Below, in pieces: positions 12,924-25,961 of a stretch of DNA of 64,000 nt. A model generated the notes under the pieces. It worked only from the letters and a program-made list of their open reading frames with translations. It made no database searches and was not told where the DNA came from. Location: assembly GCA_903813345.2 (NCBI GenBank), contig CAIIXF020000001.1, forward strand, positions 14,942,001-15,006,000. The letters run 5' to 3'. A program made the position numbers and the translations under genes. Source of the stretch: Owenia fusiformis (Eukaryota). Position 1 is the stretch's first letter. Each line of letters opens with the position of its first letter.

Positions 12924-14419
12924 TAAAAGCAATGTTTTTGGTCACTGGTAACACTTGTCTTCTATAGTACATATATTCGATTAAGTTTGAATCAAATAAC
13001 AATATACTTCACTTACTATAGACTTGTTTTGCACAAGCGGCCAACAGTAATCGAAATGAGGGAATATGAGATGTTCGCCGTCAACAGTGACGGAATGTGG
13101 ATTTTATATGCTTTTATGAGAAAGGGGATGAATATTGAGCCAGACATTTTGCATTATGTCTAATACAAAAATTATGCTGCTATGCTTTATGCTATGACTA
13201 TACTGCATTATTTTTTTCTATACCCATAAAACACTAATAGAACTACATCCAGAGACCTCCATTCAGGTTTGATGACCCGTATCCGAACATTTTTAAAGAT
13301 GCTAATTTGGCGTTGTATTTTCACGCGAGGCAGGCACGCAAGATCTGAACAACATTAAGAGCATGAGTTCTGAAAAAGAAGAATACATCTCAATTATTTT
13401 CAAAGCAGTATTTGAACGTCATTTGGTCCCTGGCAGTCATCAGATGTTTCCTTCTTTCGCTGTTGGACCAGCAGCATACATCTTCTGGTTGATGCTGAAC
13501 ATCGATGTGTTTTTGCATGATACAATCGTTTGATTTCACGTATATCACGCAACCTGAATGTCTGATGCATTTATTCGTTATTGGCTGCTTATGATTTGAA
13601 TGTATGTAGCTATTATAGATGTCAACATATTGAGCAAACATATGGAAGAGATCTGAATTTAAAAACTCGGGTGAATCACAGAGCAGGCCGTAGTGTTCAT
13701 CCAACAAATTGGAAAAAAGATTTGTGAAGAACTTGTATCAATATAGACTTGGAAATCAGCTCTTTGGACAAATTATTTTGTTGCACAATTGGTCATAATC
13801 TACAAGAGTTTCCCTATAATACATCCATTAGGCGTATGTTTATTTACTTTCATTTTAAAGCATCCGCAAAACACACACGGGTGTTTAAAAAGAGAGAATT
13901 GTTGATTCTTTGGATAGTGAATGTCAATTTTGGGTGAAATACAGACGAAAATAAGTCACTATTAAAACGTTTACTTGTCTATACTCCCGACACCATGATA
14001 TAAATGGTGTCGTTTTTTATTTACAAAAACAAGAAACTATGTGTTCTAAAATGGTACACATGTGATAATTGATTTTATAAAAAACATATTTCAAATGCAA
14101 AATCTCTTCCTCGAATACTTCGCCCACTAAGCGTTTATTTGAATTAAAGCATTCGAAAATGTACTCATTTTAAAATAAACGCCACTCACTAGTAGCGAAA
14201 AACTCCGGAACTCTATCTAATTTGAGCAATGCAGTTCACAAAGAACATGCTATTCTTTGTTTAGAAGACAAAAAACTCAGTTTTCAGTCGGGGGGGGGGG
14301 GGGGGGTGCGATTGTGGCAAAAACAATCCCAAAAATTAAGATTGGCCTTTTAATCTTAACTTTTGCATTTACCTTTGTTGTAGAACAGCACCTCAAAACT
14401 AAATCATAGTGATAATATA

Positions 14420-15122
14420 TCGGATGTCCCAAAAAAGTGAGACACTTTTTGACAAGTATTTTCTCAGGAATTGATAAACCTTTACTGAAAATGTGTACAA
14501 AGCAGCAGCACAACAGAATCTTTATCAAGTTGTTAAAATATAAAAAAGATCAAATATATGCAATGCGGGGACTAATAAATTCAAAATAGCGTGTCATGCT
14601 AGGCGATGAGACCTTCGTAGTGTTTGTGCCAGCTATCATCAGCTTTTCTGCGTGTCATGTCCAATCAATTCGTTTCAGTATTCCCAAATATCCCAAATCC
14701 ATTCATTCCCATCTAAATTCATTGAAGGTGATATTGTTAGAATAAATATTAAACAATTTTTGACATGCCGTCTTTAATTCAACAATACTTACAAAACATG
14801 TGTGTCAAGTGTCTCAAGTAAAGTTTTCAAAGAAATTGGCTCATCATAGCTGAGAAATAACTTGTCAAATTGCTTCCCATTTTTGGTACAAACGTTATGA
14901 AGTTCTAATTGCGTTGCTCCGGTAAGGGATCTTTTGACATGCTATCTTGAGATTTCTTAGTACTCAGATAATAATTACTTGATCTTCTTTATATTCTTGT
15001 TAAAATTTGCTAATGATACTCTGTGGCTACGTTGTACAAATCTACAGGGGATTTGGTTTATCAATCGCTGATGTGATAAATTACTGTGATAAAATGCTGT
15101 CTCACCTTTTTGGGACACCCGA
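14420..15122. mobile_element. Tc1/mariner-type MITE
   Basis: TIRs TCGGATGTCCCAAAAAAGTGAGAC and GTCTCACCTTTTTGGGACACCCGA, flanked by TA. Confidence 0.7.
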
Positions 15123-15501
15123 TAGATATCGAGAGATACCATGATACGCATGCATAAAGAAATAAAACAATATAAATATATGGCTCGCACTTAGTCGACA
15201 GTTTAAGAACTCTCTCAGAACATATCTGCCGATTGCATCATGATATCTATCTGTATGAGATAGGGCATATACATTATCACTAATAGATACACATTTAGTG
15301 CACGTGCAACCATATCCCATCCTATCCTCAAATTCACTGATATCCCAAAAGCATGTAAAGTACACCGCGATGTAGCCTGTATTGATAGAACTCAAACAAA
15401 TGATAAGATAGCAGAAGATAACCATAACCGACGTATCTGTCCAAATGATGAGCAAGTGAAATTAGTCCATCATAGTTTATTAGCCCATCAGGTTCACAAA
15501 A

Positions 15502-18500
15502 ATGTTGACGTTGGTTTTGGTAGCGTCTCTGCTGGCGTTAGTAAATGGTCATGGACGGATGATCAACCCTGCTGCAAGAAACTGCATGTGGCGTTATGGG
15601 TTCAAGAATCCTGCCAACTATGACGATACTGCACTCTACTGTGGAGGCCTTCAAGTAAGCGTACCATATGGTGAACCTGAAGTTCGATCAGTTAGGTTCA
15701 GCTTATGTTCTGGGTTTCAGATGCTTGGATATATAAAGTATTTGAAGTATGTTATTTAGTGGAAAGAATGAATTATTTTCCGACACATCTGTAGTTATTG
15801 TAATACAGGGATTGGGAAAATTCAAAAATAAACTTAGATTCCTAAGGTTTGAAACGTAGCAATAACTACAACAAATAATTCTCCCGTTTTAGGACTGAAA
15901 TAATATGGAGGTTAAGCTTGACGTGTTAAGAGAACTTGAACGTGAACTTGTACAATTAAGGACTTCTAGGGATTAGCTCTTCCCTTGGTTGTAATTACCT
16001 GCGGCGACCTTGCGGTCTATCATTTCTGCGGCCAGTAACATTTCTACGCTCGCCGTGGAATTTCTGCGCTCTCATACTTTTGCAGTCACATTTCCCACGG
16101 CAGCCGCATGGTGAATTTTAAATTTCTGTTGATAAATAATACTTTTTTCATTTTATTTACATCGGGACAACTTATAAATGTTATTCATAGTGCTAGGATG
16201 TAATATCAAATGAAAAGTGATCGTTAAACATTGACAAATAATGATTTAATCTTGTTGAGCCAGTTGATTTCTCCGGCGACCTCAGAAATGAACAAAAATT
16301 ATAACTCCGAGTTATAATTTCTACGCCTTCCCTGCGGCCTGTAAAAATCTGCATACGCCGTACGGAGGCCGCAAGGCGAGCGTAGTTTTTCTACGCTCAC
16401 CGCAGATATTCACCGATTTAATTGATCTGCGGTCGACTTGCGGCCGCCGTGCGACACTTGCGGCCTCCGTACGGTGTATGCAGATTTTTACAGGCCGCAG
16501 GGAAGGCGTAGAAATTATAACTCGGAGTTATAATTTTTGTTCATTTTTGAGGTCGCCGTAGAAATCAACTGGCTCAACAAGATTGAATCATTATTTGTCA
16601 ATGTTTCACGATCACTTTTCATTTGATATTACATCCTAGCACTATGAATAACATTTATAAGTTGTCCCGATGTAAATAAAATGAAAAAAAGTATTATTTA
16701 TCAACAGAAATTTAAAATTCACCGTGCGGCTGCCGTGGGAAATGTGACTGCAAAAGTATGAGAGCGCAGAAATTCCACGGCGAGCGTAGAAATGTTACTG
16801 GCCGCAGAAATGATAGACCGCAAGGTCGCCGTAGGAAATGTGACTGGGGAGTTAGATTATGATCTGAAATATATGGGATTTATTTGAATTTGTTTATGAC
16901 TGGTCAGGCCCATGTGCATACTTTGTTTTGTAATACTTTTTTCCTTCCACGTATCATTCTGAATAATCTGCCATTTGACAGAGAAACCTTAGATGCGTCA
17001 CTGTTTGACTAATTGGTTGACTTCATTTGAACAGACTAAACTCTAGTTATAAAATCTCCTAATATCTGGTTCTATGATATCTGTTATCTCACGAACATGA
17101 ATTGGTGATACATCTGCAATAAATACTGATACGGCTATTCAATTTGTAGAACCAAGTCAAACAAGGAGGTAAATGTGGTACATGCGGCGACGCCTATCAA
17201 GGACCAAGACCACACGAGGCCGGAGGAAAATATGCCAATGGTGTTATCGCTAAAACCTACAAACAGGGGCAGATTGCTGAAGTCACCGTCGAATTGACTG
17301 CAGGTCATATGGGATGGATGGAATTCAGGTTTGTGTTGCGACCGGTGTATTAATGGTATTACAAATAGTTTGAAAAGGGGATGGGCGAACTAGGTAAATT
17401 GTGCTATTACTTGTTATTGTATCATTGTAGATTGTGCAAATGGGACAACCCAAAAGTCCCAGTGACACAGGAATGCCTAGACGAGAATGTCCTTCAGCTC
17501 GCCGATGGTTCAGGCACCAAGGTTCCAATTGATAACACAAAGAGGATGATCATTGCCAGGCTACAGCTTCCCAAAAACATCAACTGCAAACAATGTGTGG
17601 TGCAGTGGTTATACCACGCAGGTAACCATTGAATATAAAGCACAATATGTGGTGCAGTGGTTATACCACGCAGGTAACCCTTGAATATAAAGCACAATAT
17701 GTGGTGCAGTGGTTATACCATGCAGGTAACCATTGAATATAAAGCACGATATGTGGTGCAGTGGTTATACCATGCAGGTAACCATTGAATATAGAGCACG
17801 ATGTGTGATGCAGTGGTTATACCACGTAGGTAACCATTGAATATAAAGCACGATATGTGGTGCAGTGGTTATACCATGCAGGTAACCATTGAATATAGAG
17901 CACGATATGTGATGCAGTGGTTATACCACGTAGGTAACCATTGAATATAGAGCACAATATGTGATGCAGTGGTTATACCACGTAGGTAACCATTGAATAT
18001 AAAGCACAATATGTGGTGCAGTGGTTATACCATGCAGGTAACTATTGAATATAAAGCACGATATGTGGTGCAGTGGTTATACCACGTAGGTAACCATTGA
18101 ATATAGCGCACAAGGTGTGGTGCAGTGGTTATACCACGCAGGTAACCATTGAATATAGAGCACAAGGTGTGGTGCAGTGGTTATACCACGCAGGTAACCA
18201 TTGAATATATTTAGCACAATATGTGGTGCAGTGGTTATACCACGCAGGTAACCATTAGATATAAAGCACAATATGTGGTGCAGTGGTTATACCACGTAGG
18301 TAACCATTGAATATAGAGCACAATATGTGATGCAGTGGTTATACCACGTAGGTAACCATTGAATATAAAGCACAATATGTGGTGCAGTGGTTATACCATG
18401 CAGGTAACCATTGAATATAAAGCACGATATGTGGTGCAGTGGTTATACCACGTAGGTAACCATTGAATATAGCGCACAAGGTGTGGTGCAGTGGTTATAC

Positions 18501-20184
18501 CACGCAGGTAACCATTGAATATAGAGCACAAGGTGTGGTGCAGTGGTTATACCACGCAGGTAACCATTGAATATATTTTGCACAATATGTGGTGCAGTGG
18601 TTATACCACGCAGGTAACCATTAGATATAAAGCACAATATGTGGTGCAGTGGTTATACCACGCAGGTAACCATTGAATATAAAGCACAATATGTGGTGCA
18701 GTGGTTATACCATGCAGGTAACCATCGAATATAAAGCACGATATGTGGTGCAGTGGTTATACCATGCTGGTAACCATCGAATATAAAAAGCACGATATGT
18801 GATGCAGTGGTTATACCATGCAGGTAACCATTGAATATAAAGCACGATATGTGGTGCAGTGGTTATACCATGCTGGTAACAATCGAATATAAAGCACAAT
18901 ATGTGGTGCAGTGGTTATACCATGCTGGTAACCATCGAAGATAAAGCACAATATGTGGTGCAGTGGTTATACCATGCTGGTAACCATCGAAGATAAAGCA
19001 CAATATGTGGTGCAGTGGTTATACCACGCAGTTAACCATTGAATATAAAGCGCCGACATTGAGAGGTAAAGTCATATAAGCATACACAAAGCAGAGCAAG
19101 ATCGTCACGTAAGATTATTAAAAACATCGCGAATTCTTATTAACGGCATTAACGCCAATGAATACTTGCAGGCAATAGTTGGGGATGCGAGCCAAATGGT
19201 AAATGTTGCTCTGGATGCGGTACACAAGAGGAGTTTAAGAACTGCGCTGATGTTGCAATTGAACCTTCTACTTTCACCCCAGCAACCCAGGTAATCATAC
19301 AAGTATAAAATTGACAAGGAAATGACTAAACGGGAATTGATAATTACTGTTTGGGTGTACTGTTATTAGATTCTCCATTTAATCCCAGTCCCAACCAAGT
19401 ACATAAGCGAAATGTAGTGAAGCGAAATGTTTCCTTTGCATTATTCAAATAATTGGTTCTTTACATTGGATTTCTTCAGAAATTATGTGTCTAACATATA
19501 TTTCCAGAGACCCCCTTCTACAAAAAGGACTTATGAACCACCAATGGAGACCACCCCATCTACTAGAGTACCATCAACAAGAGCACCTTCAACTAGAGCA
19601 CCATCCACAAGAGCACCTTCAACTAGAGCACCATCTACAAAAAGGACTTATGAACCACCAATGGAGACCACCCCAGCTACTAGAGTACCATCAACAAGAG
19701 CACCTTCAACTAGAGCACCATCCACAAGAGCACCTTCAACTAGAGCACCATCCACAAGAGCACCTTCAACTAGAGCACCATCTACAAGACCTCCAACAAG
19801 GCGTACCACACCTCCAACAAGGCGTACAACACAAGCCATAAGGTAAATTCATTAATAGCCATTGATCACGCCTTATACCTGGTTAGTTCGAATCAATGAT
19901 TTGGCTAGTAGAAAACGGAACTCAACAATGAGGGTAAATAAGAAGGTAAGCTACAGGAGGTAGAAAGCCAACGCACTAATTTAAAATAAATTAGCTTGTC
20001 GAAGATAGTATGACAGTATTCTAATATTAAAGTATAGTATATTATTTAATATTTTAGGACTACTCCACGAAAGCCTGTTGGATGTCGAGCTGCTAATGGT
20101 CCATTCAAACAACCAGGCATGGACAGATGGTGCCAGGTCAACTGTAGGCGTAAATATTGTCCTCCCTCACATTGTGTCTGCTAA
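15502..20184 (+). CDS. AA15-family lytic polysaccharide monooxygenase (chitin-binding type-4 domain) with Pro/Ser/Thr/Arg linker and C-terminal 6-Cys module, 367 aa
   Basis: Exons 15502-15654, 17150-17328, 17431-17621, 19172-19290, 19508-19842 and 20058-20184 total 1104 nt and are phase-consistent. The signal peptide ends VNG|H, giving N-terminal His1. Motifs: NYDD..LYCGG, GKCGTCGD, HEAGGKY, LTAGHMGWMEFRLC, C..CVVQW.Y.AGNSWG, GCG.QEEFKNCADVAI. AATAAA at ~20212. Confidence 0.95.
15998..16850. mobile_element. Foldback/Harbinger-like MITE forming a near-perfect hairpin in LPMO intron 1
   Basis: ~15998-16376 is the reverse complement of ~16457-16835. The right end is GGAAATGTGACTGGGGAGTTA. Related copies lie at ~8265-8345, ~25243-25585 and ~57095-57243. 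Confidence 0.85.
17591..19052 (+). repeat. 52-bp minisatellite (~28 copies) containing the LPMO exon-3 3' end and its splice donor
   Basis: Unit CAATATGTGGTGCAGTGGTTATACCACGCAG|GTAACCATTGAATATAAAGCA. The first copy overlaps coding sequence (QCVVQWLYHAG). A 366-bp higher-order duplication is shown by near-identical ORFs at 18077 and 18443. Confidence 0.95.
19512..19830 (+). repeat. Coding 15-bp repeat (PSTRA)n, a mucin-like linker
   Basis: Lies within LPMO exon 5. Repeated CCWTCWACWAGAGCA units, plus a duplicated block encoding PSTKRTYEPPMETTP. Confidence 0.9.
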
Positions 20185-20415
20185 TTCCACTGCTGTATAT
20201 GTATATGCTTTAATAAATAAACCTATACTAGAGAGAATTATCAGAACAATAAAATATGATAGCCATATTATTTACACATCATAAATTTTTATTATGAAAA
20301 CAATCAACGCATCTTTTACCTATAACATATAATATCTTAAACTGATGCTGCAAAATTAAAAACAGAATTGCGTGCTGTAATAATCATTCAATGGAGCCAG
20401 TTAGATTAATTGTTC

Positions 20416-22453
20416 TCAGACAAGACACGGTAATGATTCTTGCATACACTCTGCCCAACCAACGTTGACCGACCATCGACATACTCCTCGTCTGGGCCGA
20501 CATACTGAATGTTTTGCATAACAGTTTTGTAGTGTATTTCCTATAGTCACATTTGAATCGTTGGTTAGTATCCATGGGCATGTGGCTGTGGTGTTTGAAC
20601 ACGTGCGATGATTCCCGTTTTTGTAGATAAATGAAGTCACTTCTGCCAGATATGGAGCAATGGTAACAGGTTGGATCGAATCCTGAAAATAGTAATTTAG
20701 CATGTTAACATATCGCTGAAAATGAAAACATAGTCTTCAGTAATGATATTTGATAGGGACTCTATGAGGATCGGTTCAAACGAACGATGAATGATGCAAA
20801 AAATCACAAAATACCGCACTGCAGAAGAAATAAACATTAAATATACTAGTTTAGTGATTTGAATGACTAGTGATAATTAAAGGACTCCTTCAGGGTCATA
20901 AATTCCTGACAGATATTGTAAAATAAGGTTAGATACGTAAATATATTACTTTAACTTATCATATGTAATAAAATACAATTGTATACCTGCCGATCAATAA
21001 TATAGTTATCTTACCACACATGCACAATTTTCTCCATAAGTATTCCAATCTAATTTTCTTTTCTGTCTTCTACTTGTATGCCTCCACATCTGACTCCACG
21101 AACATGTTGATAGAACCGCTTTGTCACCATCAACTCTGCCTAAATGACTCAAAGGAATAGGTGGAAATGAATTGTTAATATTAGATAGAGATACACGTAT
21201 TCCATCTCACACAGTTGATATTACTTGGCTAAAGTTGTTAATTTTAGGGCTTTACTCATCTTATTACAGATGACCAAATCTATGCATACAATAGCACCCT
21301 GCGACAAACCATGGATAGAGGTCCATGGACAAACTCAACAATTTTAATTCAGCTTCTTAGTGGAAACTAATAAGGGAGAGGGGGCAAATTTCAAGTACTT
21401 CTGATTTCGAACATCTAAGGCCCATTTTTTGAAAATCTTGCTAAAATTTAAAATACAAGGCCAAAAAGGCCAAGTAATGCCCAAAAAAGTCCTGACTAAT
21501 TAAAGCCCTTAAGTTTTTGGTCTAAATTTTTAAGCCCAAAATATCTTTTCTGGGACCATTTTACGGGAGAGGTTGGGCCCCTGCCCCCATCCCCCTAATC
21601 CGCAAGTGGCTCTTCGATTGACAAGTAATAAAGTTTATACATTTACCTGTAATGACGTATTTCTGTCCAGTCTCTAATATAACCGCTGTCTCACAGCCCG
21701 CAGTGCTATTTGATATAGTTGTCAATTCTTCCGGTTGTGTAGTAGTCAACATATCTTTTCCCTAAATGGTGCAAGAAAAATAGATTGATACAAAGGAAGT
21801 TAAGGATGCATTTGACAATTTAAGGATGAACAAAATGGTCTCGCCTTAAGTACTTCTAGTTCTTGATTTACACAATTCAGTATATGTTCCATACATACGC
21901 TTTATTGACGGATTCATTGCTCCATCACAAGTGATCTTACTTTGAAAATGGTTTCGGTTTTGATGGAGTAAGTAATACGTTTCTCCGTGGCTGACAAGAA
22001 CATTGTCTTCTTCCTGTCACATACTGCAAGTATCACTGAAAAACATCTTTGAATTTTCAAACAGTAAGAGTACTAATTGTTACATATATAAAGATGATAG
22101 ATGATAAATGATGTCATGATTCTTCTTTATCAGATCATCAGCGTGATCTAGAATATGCCAAGGTCACTGTTTGAGGGTTTCAGTCATGTGCCCATTTGGC
22201 CACAACTGTAGATAATACATAACCCGACAAATATGAACAAATATATAACACATACACATAGGTATACTTTGATCTACAATTTACCTTTAAAATCAAATCA
22301 TTTATCCGACGCCATGATACCAAAGGACTTACCAAAGTCAGCCTCACAGAAGTGTTGCTGGGGATGTTTTATTGGACAGTCGCATTTATCCAAGCATTGT
22401 ACCATAATATTCAATCTTACAGCAGCAAATACAAACAATATGCCTAAAACCAT
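20416..22453 (-). CDS. TIMP: Tissue inhibitor of metalloproteinases, paralogue A (240 aa)
   Basis: Exons 22453-22333, 22035-21941, 21761-21647, 21139-21015 and 20682-20416 total 723 nt. Motifs: CDCPIKHPQQHFCEADFVI, IFKG, GCE...LETGQKYVITG, TCSW, YGENCAC, CPW, CYAKHSVC...CRW. Confidence 0.93.
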
Positions 22454-22879
22454 AAATGTGCCCTTTTAGTGAGTGAATGAGAATGATATGTATAAGTGTC
22501 GATCATTGACCTGCGTTTTGATTTAGACATGCACAAAACATTAGGCTCGCCGATTTATCAATTTATTGCAAGTTTGTTTCCGAGAAATGAATTCCACAAA
22601 AACTTTTGAACTATTTCTAATAATTTCTTGTAAAAGGCATATTTTCCGTACTAAGTTTTCAAGAATAAAATTTCCCAAAAGGTACTTGTTTATCCTCTTG
22701 AAAGTCGTAAAAATATAAAGGTTTCTTGTGGCTTGTCCAACTTTCCATAAGCTTAATAATATTGCTTGCATGGCTATTGGATTATTATGAGATTAAGTGC
22801 AAGCTATATGACAATATTGACAATATATTATGTATATCAAGACTTACCAGCAGCATTTATTTAATAAAGAAGATGAGAA

Positions 22880-23270
22880 GAACTTACCAATAATTATGTT
22901 ATTGGCCATTGTCTGTGTAATTTTCTATTACTTCTTTCCATAAATAAATATAAACATGTCTTTCTTTGCTTTAACAAGTTATGTTTAGGTTGACAAAATT
23001 CATTCTTTATTCTTTTAGATCGTTTAAGTTTGATGAAAATGAGATGAGAATGTAATGTGTTAAAAACTACATTGTTAGAAAGTATACGTCCGTTTCATAA
23101 TTATTTAATGACTAAATGACGTCACAGTGTTATTAGTTCAGTCATTAAAACAAATGGCCGTGAAATGGCTGAAGGGCCCCGTTACGATGGGATTTTATTG
23201 TTTCAAATAAACAATTAATAACACAATTAGATTTGTGCTATCCAGTCATGCGAAATATATTTGCATATTA
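22880..23270 (-). promoter_or_regulatory. 5'UTR exon and promoter of TIMP-A, conserved with the TIMP-B upstream region
   Basis: Blocks AACTTACCAATAATTAT (minus-strand donor), AAAACAAATGGCCGTGAAATG and CATGCGAAATAT are shared with 31190-31595. TGACGTCA at 23117-23124. Confidence 0.6.
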
Positions 23271-24463
23271 GTATTGTAGGACATTAAAGAAGAAATACAA
23301 CATTTCATATACATGTTTGAAAAATGTCCCTATATTTCTGAATATTTATAATAGGGCATCTTATGTAATAAAATATGTCGAAAATTTAGCGTACAATGCA
23401 ATTCACATGTATGTAGTGCAGATATATGTTTTTTTACTCATGAATTTTCTGATATTAGATACAACGAACCCAAATGTCATTTATGTGGTATTAGATCCCA
23501 CTTAAGTAGCAACACAATAGAATGAACTGGTGTATTTTTCTCTTATTTTTTGAAGAATTGACATTTGGCAAGCTATCCAAAAACCAGTGTGGCACAATAG
23601 ACGATTGTCTGTCACATGCAGTGCACTGAAGTCGAACTTATAACATCCTATTCACTTATTCAATAGTTGAATAGTAAACACAAAAGAAATCAAATTTTAA
23701 ACAGTACCCAGCCTGCCACATGCAGTGCACTGAATCTAAAATAATAACACCAAATTATTTCTCAACACACCTCATAGTCAATACATAAGAAATAAAATTT
23801 TCCCAAAGTTGGATCATTGGCCATTTACTTTTCATAAGATACAGTGTGGGTTTAAGTTAGATAAACCATTCGTACTGGGGTTTATGCGAGTTAATAATTT
23901 CTCATAAATCCCAGTACTCATAGTTTATCCATTACAGATAAACGGATGTCACTTTGATGATGATCTACTGAACTTTCGGGCCAATATATCGATTCTAGCA
24001 ATAACTATATATATCATTCCTCCAAGTAAAGGGAACAGAGACGAGTTGAGAGTAAGTCATGCCTTCTTTCTATAATTCAGGAAAATCCTTTAATTTCCAA
24101 TGTAATTTGGTAAAACAGTAAACGTCCTCTTTTCAACTCTGATAAATTCGTGCATCTTTAATACTCAACAACCTCTTTATTTAATCAGATATTTTTACTT
24201 TTAATCATTATATTTTTATAGCTTTTTTATATCTTTCCAGATCTTTTTCAAATATTATAGTTAGGGTTGTAATGGAGACATTAGCACGCTTATTGAAACT
24301 GAATATTGCTTCCGACACTTATTTATTTGTTATTCCCTTTATTTTAATTTCGTAAAATAAAATAAAATATAGTGAAACAGATGTTATCTCAAGCGGGGAC
24401 ACACTACTATTAAAAAGGGCATATTTCACTACTCTCCATGAAAAAGCAACTTATTCAATTGTA

Positions 24464-24961
24464 TAGGGTGACACAAAAACACCACCCACTAATTTTTGAA
24501 TAACTTTCTCAATAATTAAAGAATCTACATGCTTCTTTTGTGTAAATAGAGTGTTCAATGGAAAACATATTGTACTTTGATAGCATCGACAACTTTCAGA
24601 TTGAGAAATATCAGATTTCCGTCAAGGCAAGCTCTCGGTGAAATCATCAAAAAATGTTCAAAAATACATTTTTTATTTGCGTCATTTCTGGAATGCTCTC
24701 ATCAATAACATTGAAAACTAATTTTGTCAAATTTGATGAACTGACTCGCTTATTGGGTAAATTTTAAGAAAGACATACATGTATATTCTAATGTACTTTT
24801 TGAGTGATTTTGTGTCAGAAAATGGGATATCTCTACACATCTCTACACAAGCATACCAATCCTTTTTCCATTGAACACTCTGTCTACACATAAAAATCAT
24901 GAAGATTCCTTAATTATTGATTTATTCCATAATTAGTGGGTGGTATTTTTGTGTCACCCTG
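24464..24961. mobile_element. Tc1/mariner-type MITE
   Basis: TIRs TAGGGTGACACAAAAACACCACCCACTAATT and AATTAGTGGGTGGTATTTTTGTGTCACCCTG, with TA flanks. Confidence 0.75.
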
Positions 24962-25242
24962 TATTAATGCTCTATGTACATCATTATTTAAAATATGGTA
25001 TTTATGTAATTTAGTTTGTCTCATCCTCGATCCTTCCCATACACACGCTGTATAAAGTGTTACTGATGCCAGAAGAGTAATCGAGAAGATAATTTTTTAA
25101 AATCATTTTAAGAAGCAATGACGCTATTAGATTGAAAAGTATTGTTAGTTGTTGAGAAGAAAATAAAATTCTAAATTAGGTTGGATTAATAATTACGTTA
25201 TAGGGATCTAGAGATCTGGCCCTAAGTTTTTGAGTACTAATT

Positions 25243-25585
25243 AACACCCCAGTCACATTTCCTACGGCGACCTTGCGGTCTATCATTTCTGCGGCCAGTA
25301 ACATTTCTACGCTCGTCGTGGAATTTCTGCGCTCTCATACTTTTGCAGTCACATTTCCCACGGCAGCCGCACGTTGAATTTTAAATTTCTGTTGATAAAT
25401 AATACTGTATAACCCCAGTCACATTTGTCGTACGGAGGCCGTGCGTCGACCACAGATCAATTAAATCAGTGTATTTCTGCGGCGAGCGTAGAAAAACTAC
25501 GCTCGCCTCGCGGCCTCCGTACGGCGAATCCAGTTTTTTACAGGCCGCAGGGTCGCCGTAGAAATTATAACTCGGAGTTATAACT
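25243..25585. mobile_element. Rearranged copy of the Harbinger-like foldback family
   Basis: ACACCCCAGTCACATTTCCTACGGCGACCTTGCGGTCTATC... is near-identical to the arms at 15998-16850. Confidence 0.8.
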
Positions 25586-25961
25586 GGTATCAGTATCATA
25601 TGTTTAAGAAAATGTACATATGTGCGAACAAATAGTTCAGAAGACAACAGAATCGTCGATTTAATTCTTCACTTAAGTTACGTAAACGGGTTTTCGAAAA
25701 ACAGTTAAGATCTGCAAATCGTTTATGTAACTTAAGTGAGGAATTAAATCGACTGAGCTATTTTTTCGCAAACATGAACTTTTTCTAAAACATATGAATG
25801 ATATGATACTAATACACGTTTGTGAGAAAGAACGTCGTGGGGATTCTGCCTACAACGCGTGGAATAAGGAAAAAATAAAAATCGTACCTTCGACGTTCCG
25901 ACATTTTGTTACCAAAACGAATCGTTTCGGTAACCAACGTAATCGAGTGGATCACCAGTGC
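25586..25961. mobile_element. Partial copy of the inverted-repeat MITE also found at 53244-53722
   Basis: Shares ATCAGTATCATATG..TAGAAAATGTACAT and TAATCGAGTGGATCAC with 53340-53722. Confidence 0.7.

Noticed and set aside
17591-19052. CRISPR-like array
   Set aside because: Units are head-to-tail with no unique spacers, there are no cas genes, and the context is a eukaryotic intron. It is a minisatellite, and the short minus-strand ORFs inside it are repeat artefacts.
19485-19841. His/Gln-rich and Val/Gly-rich ORFs
   Set aside because: Alternative frames of the (PSTRA)n coding repeat.
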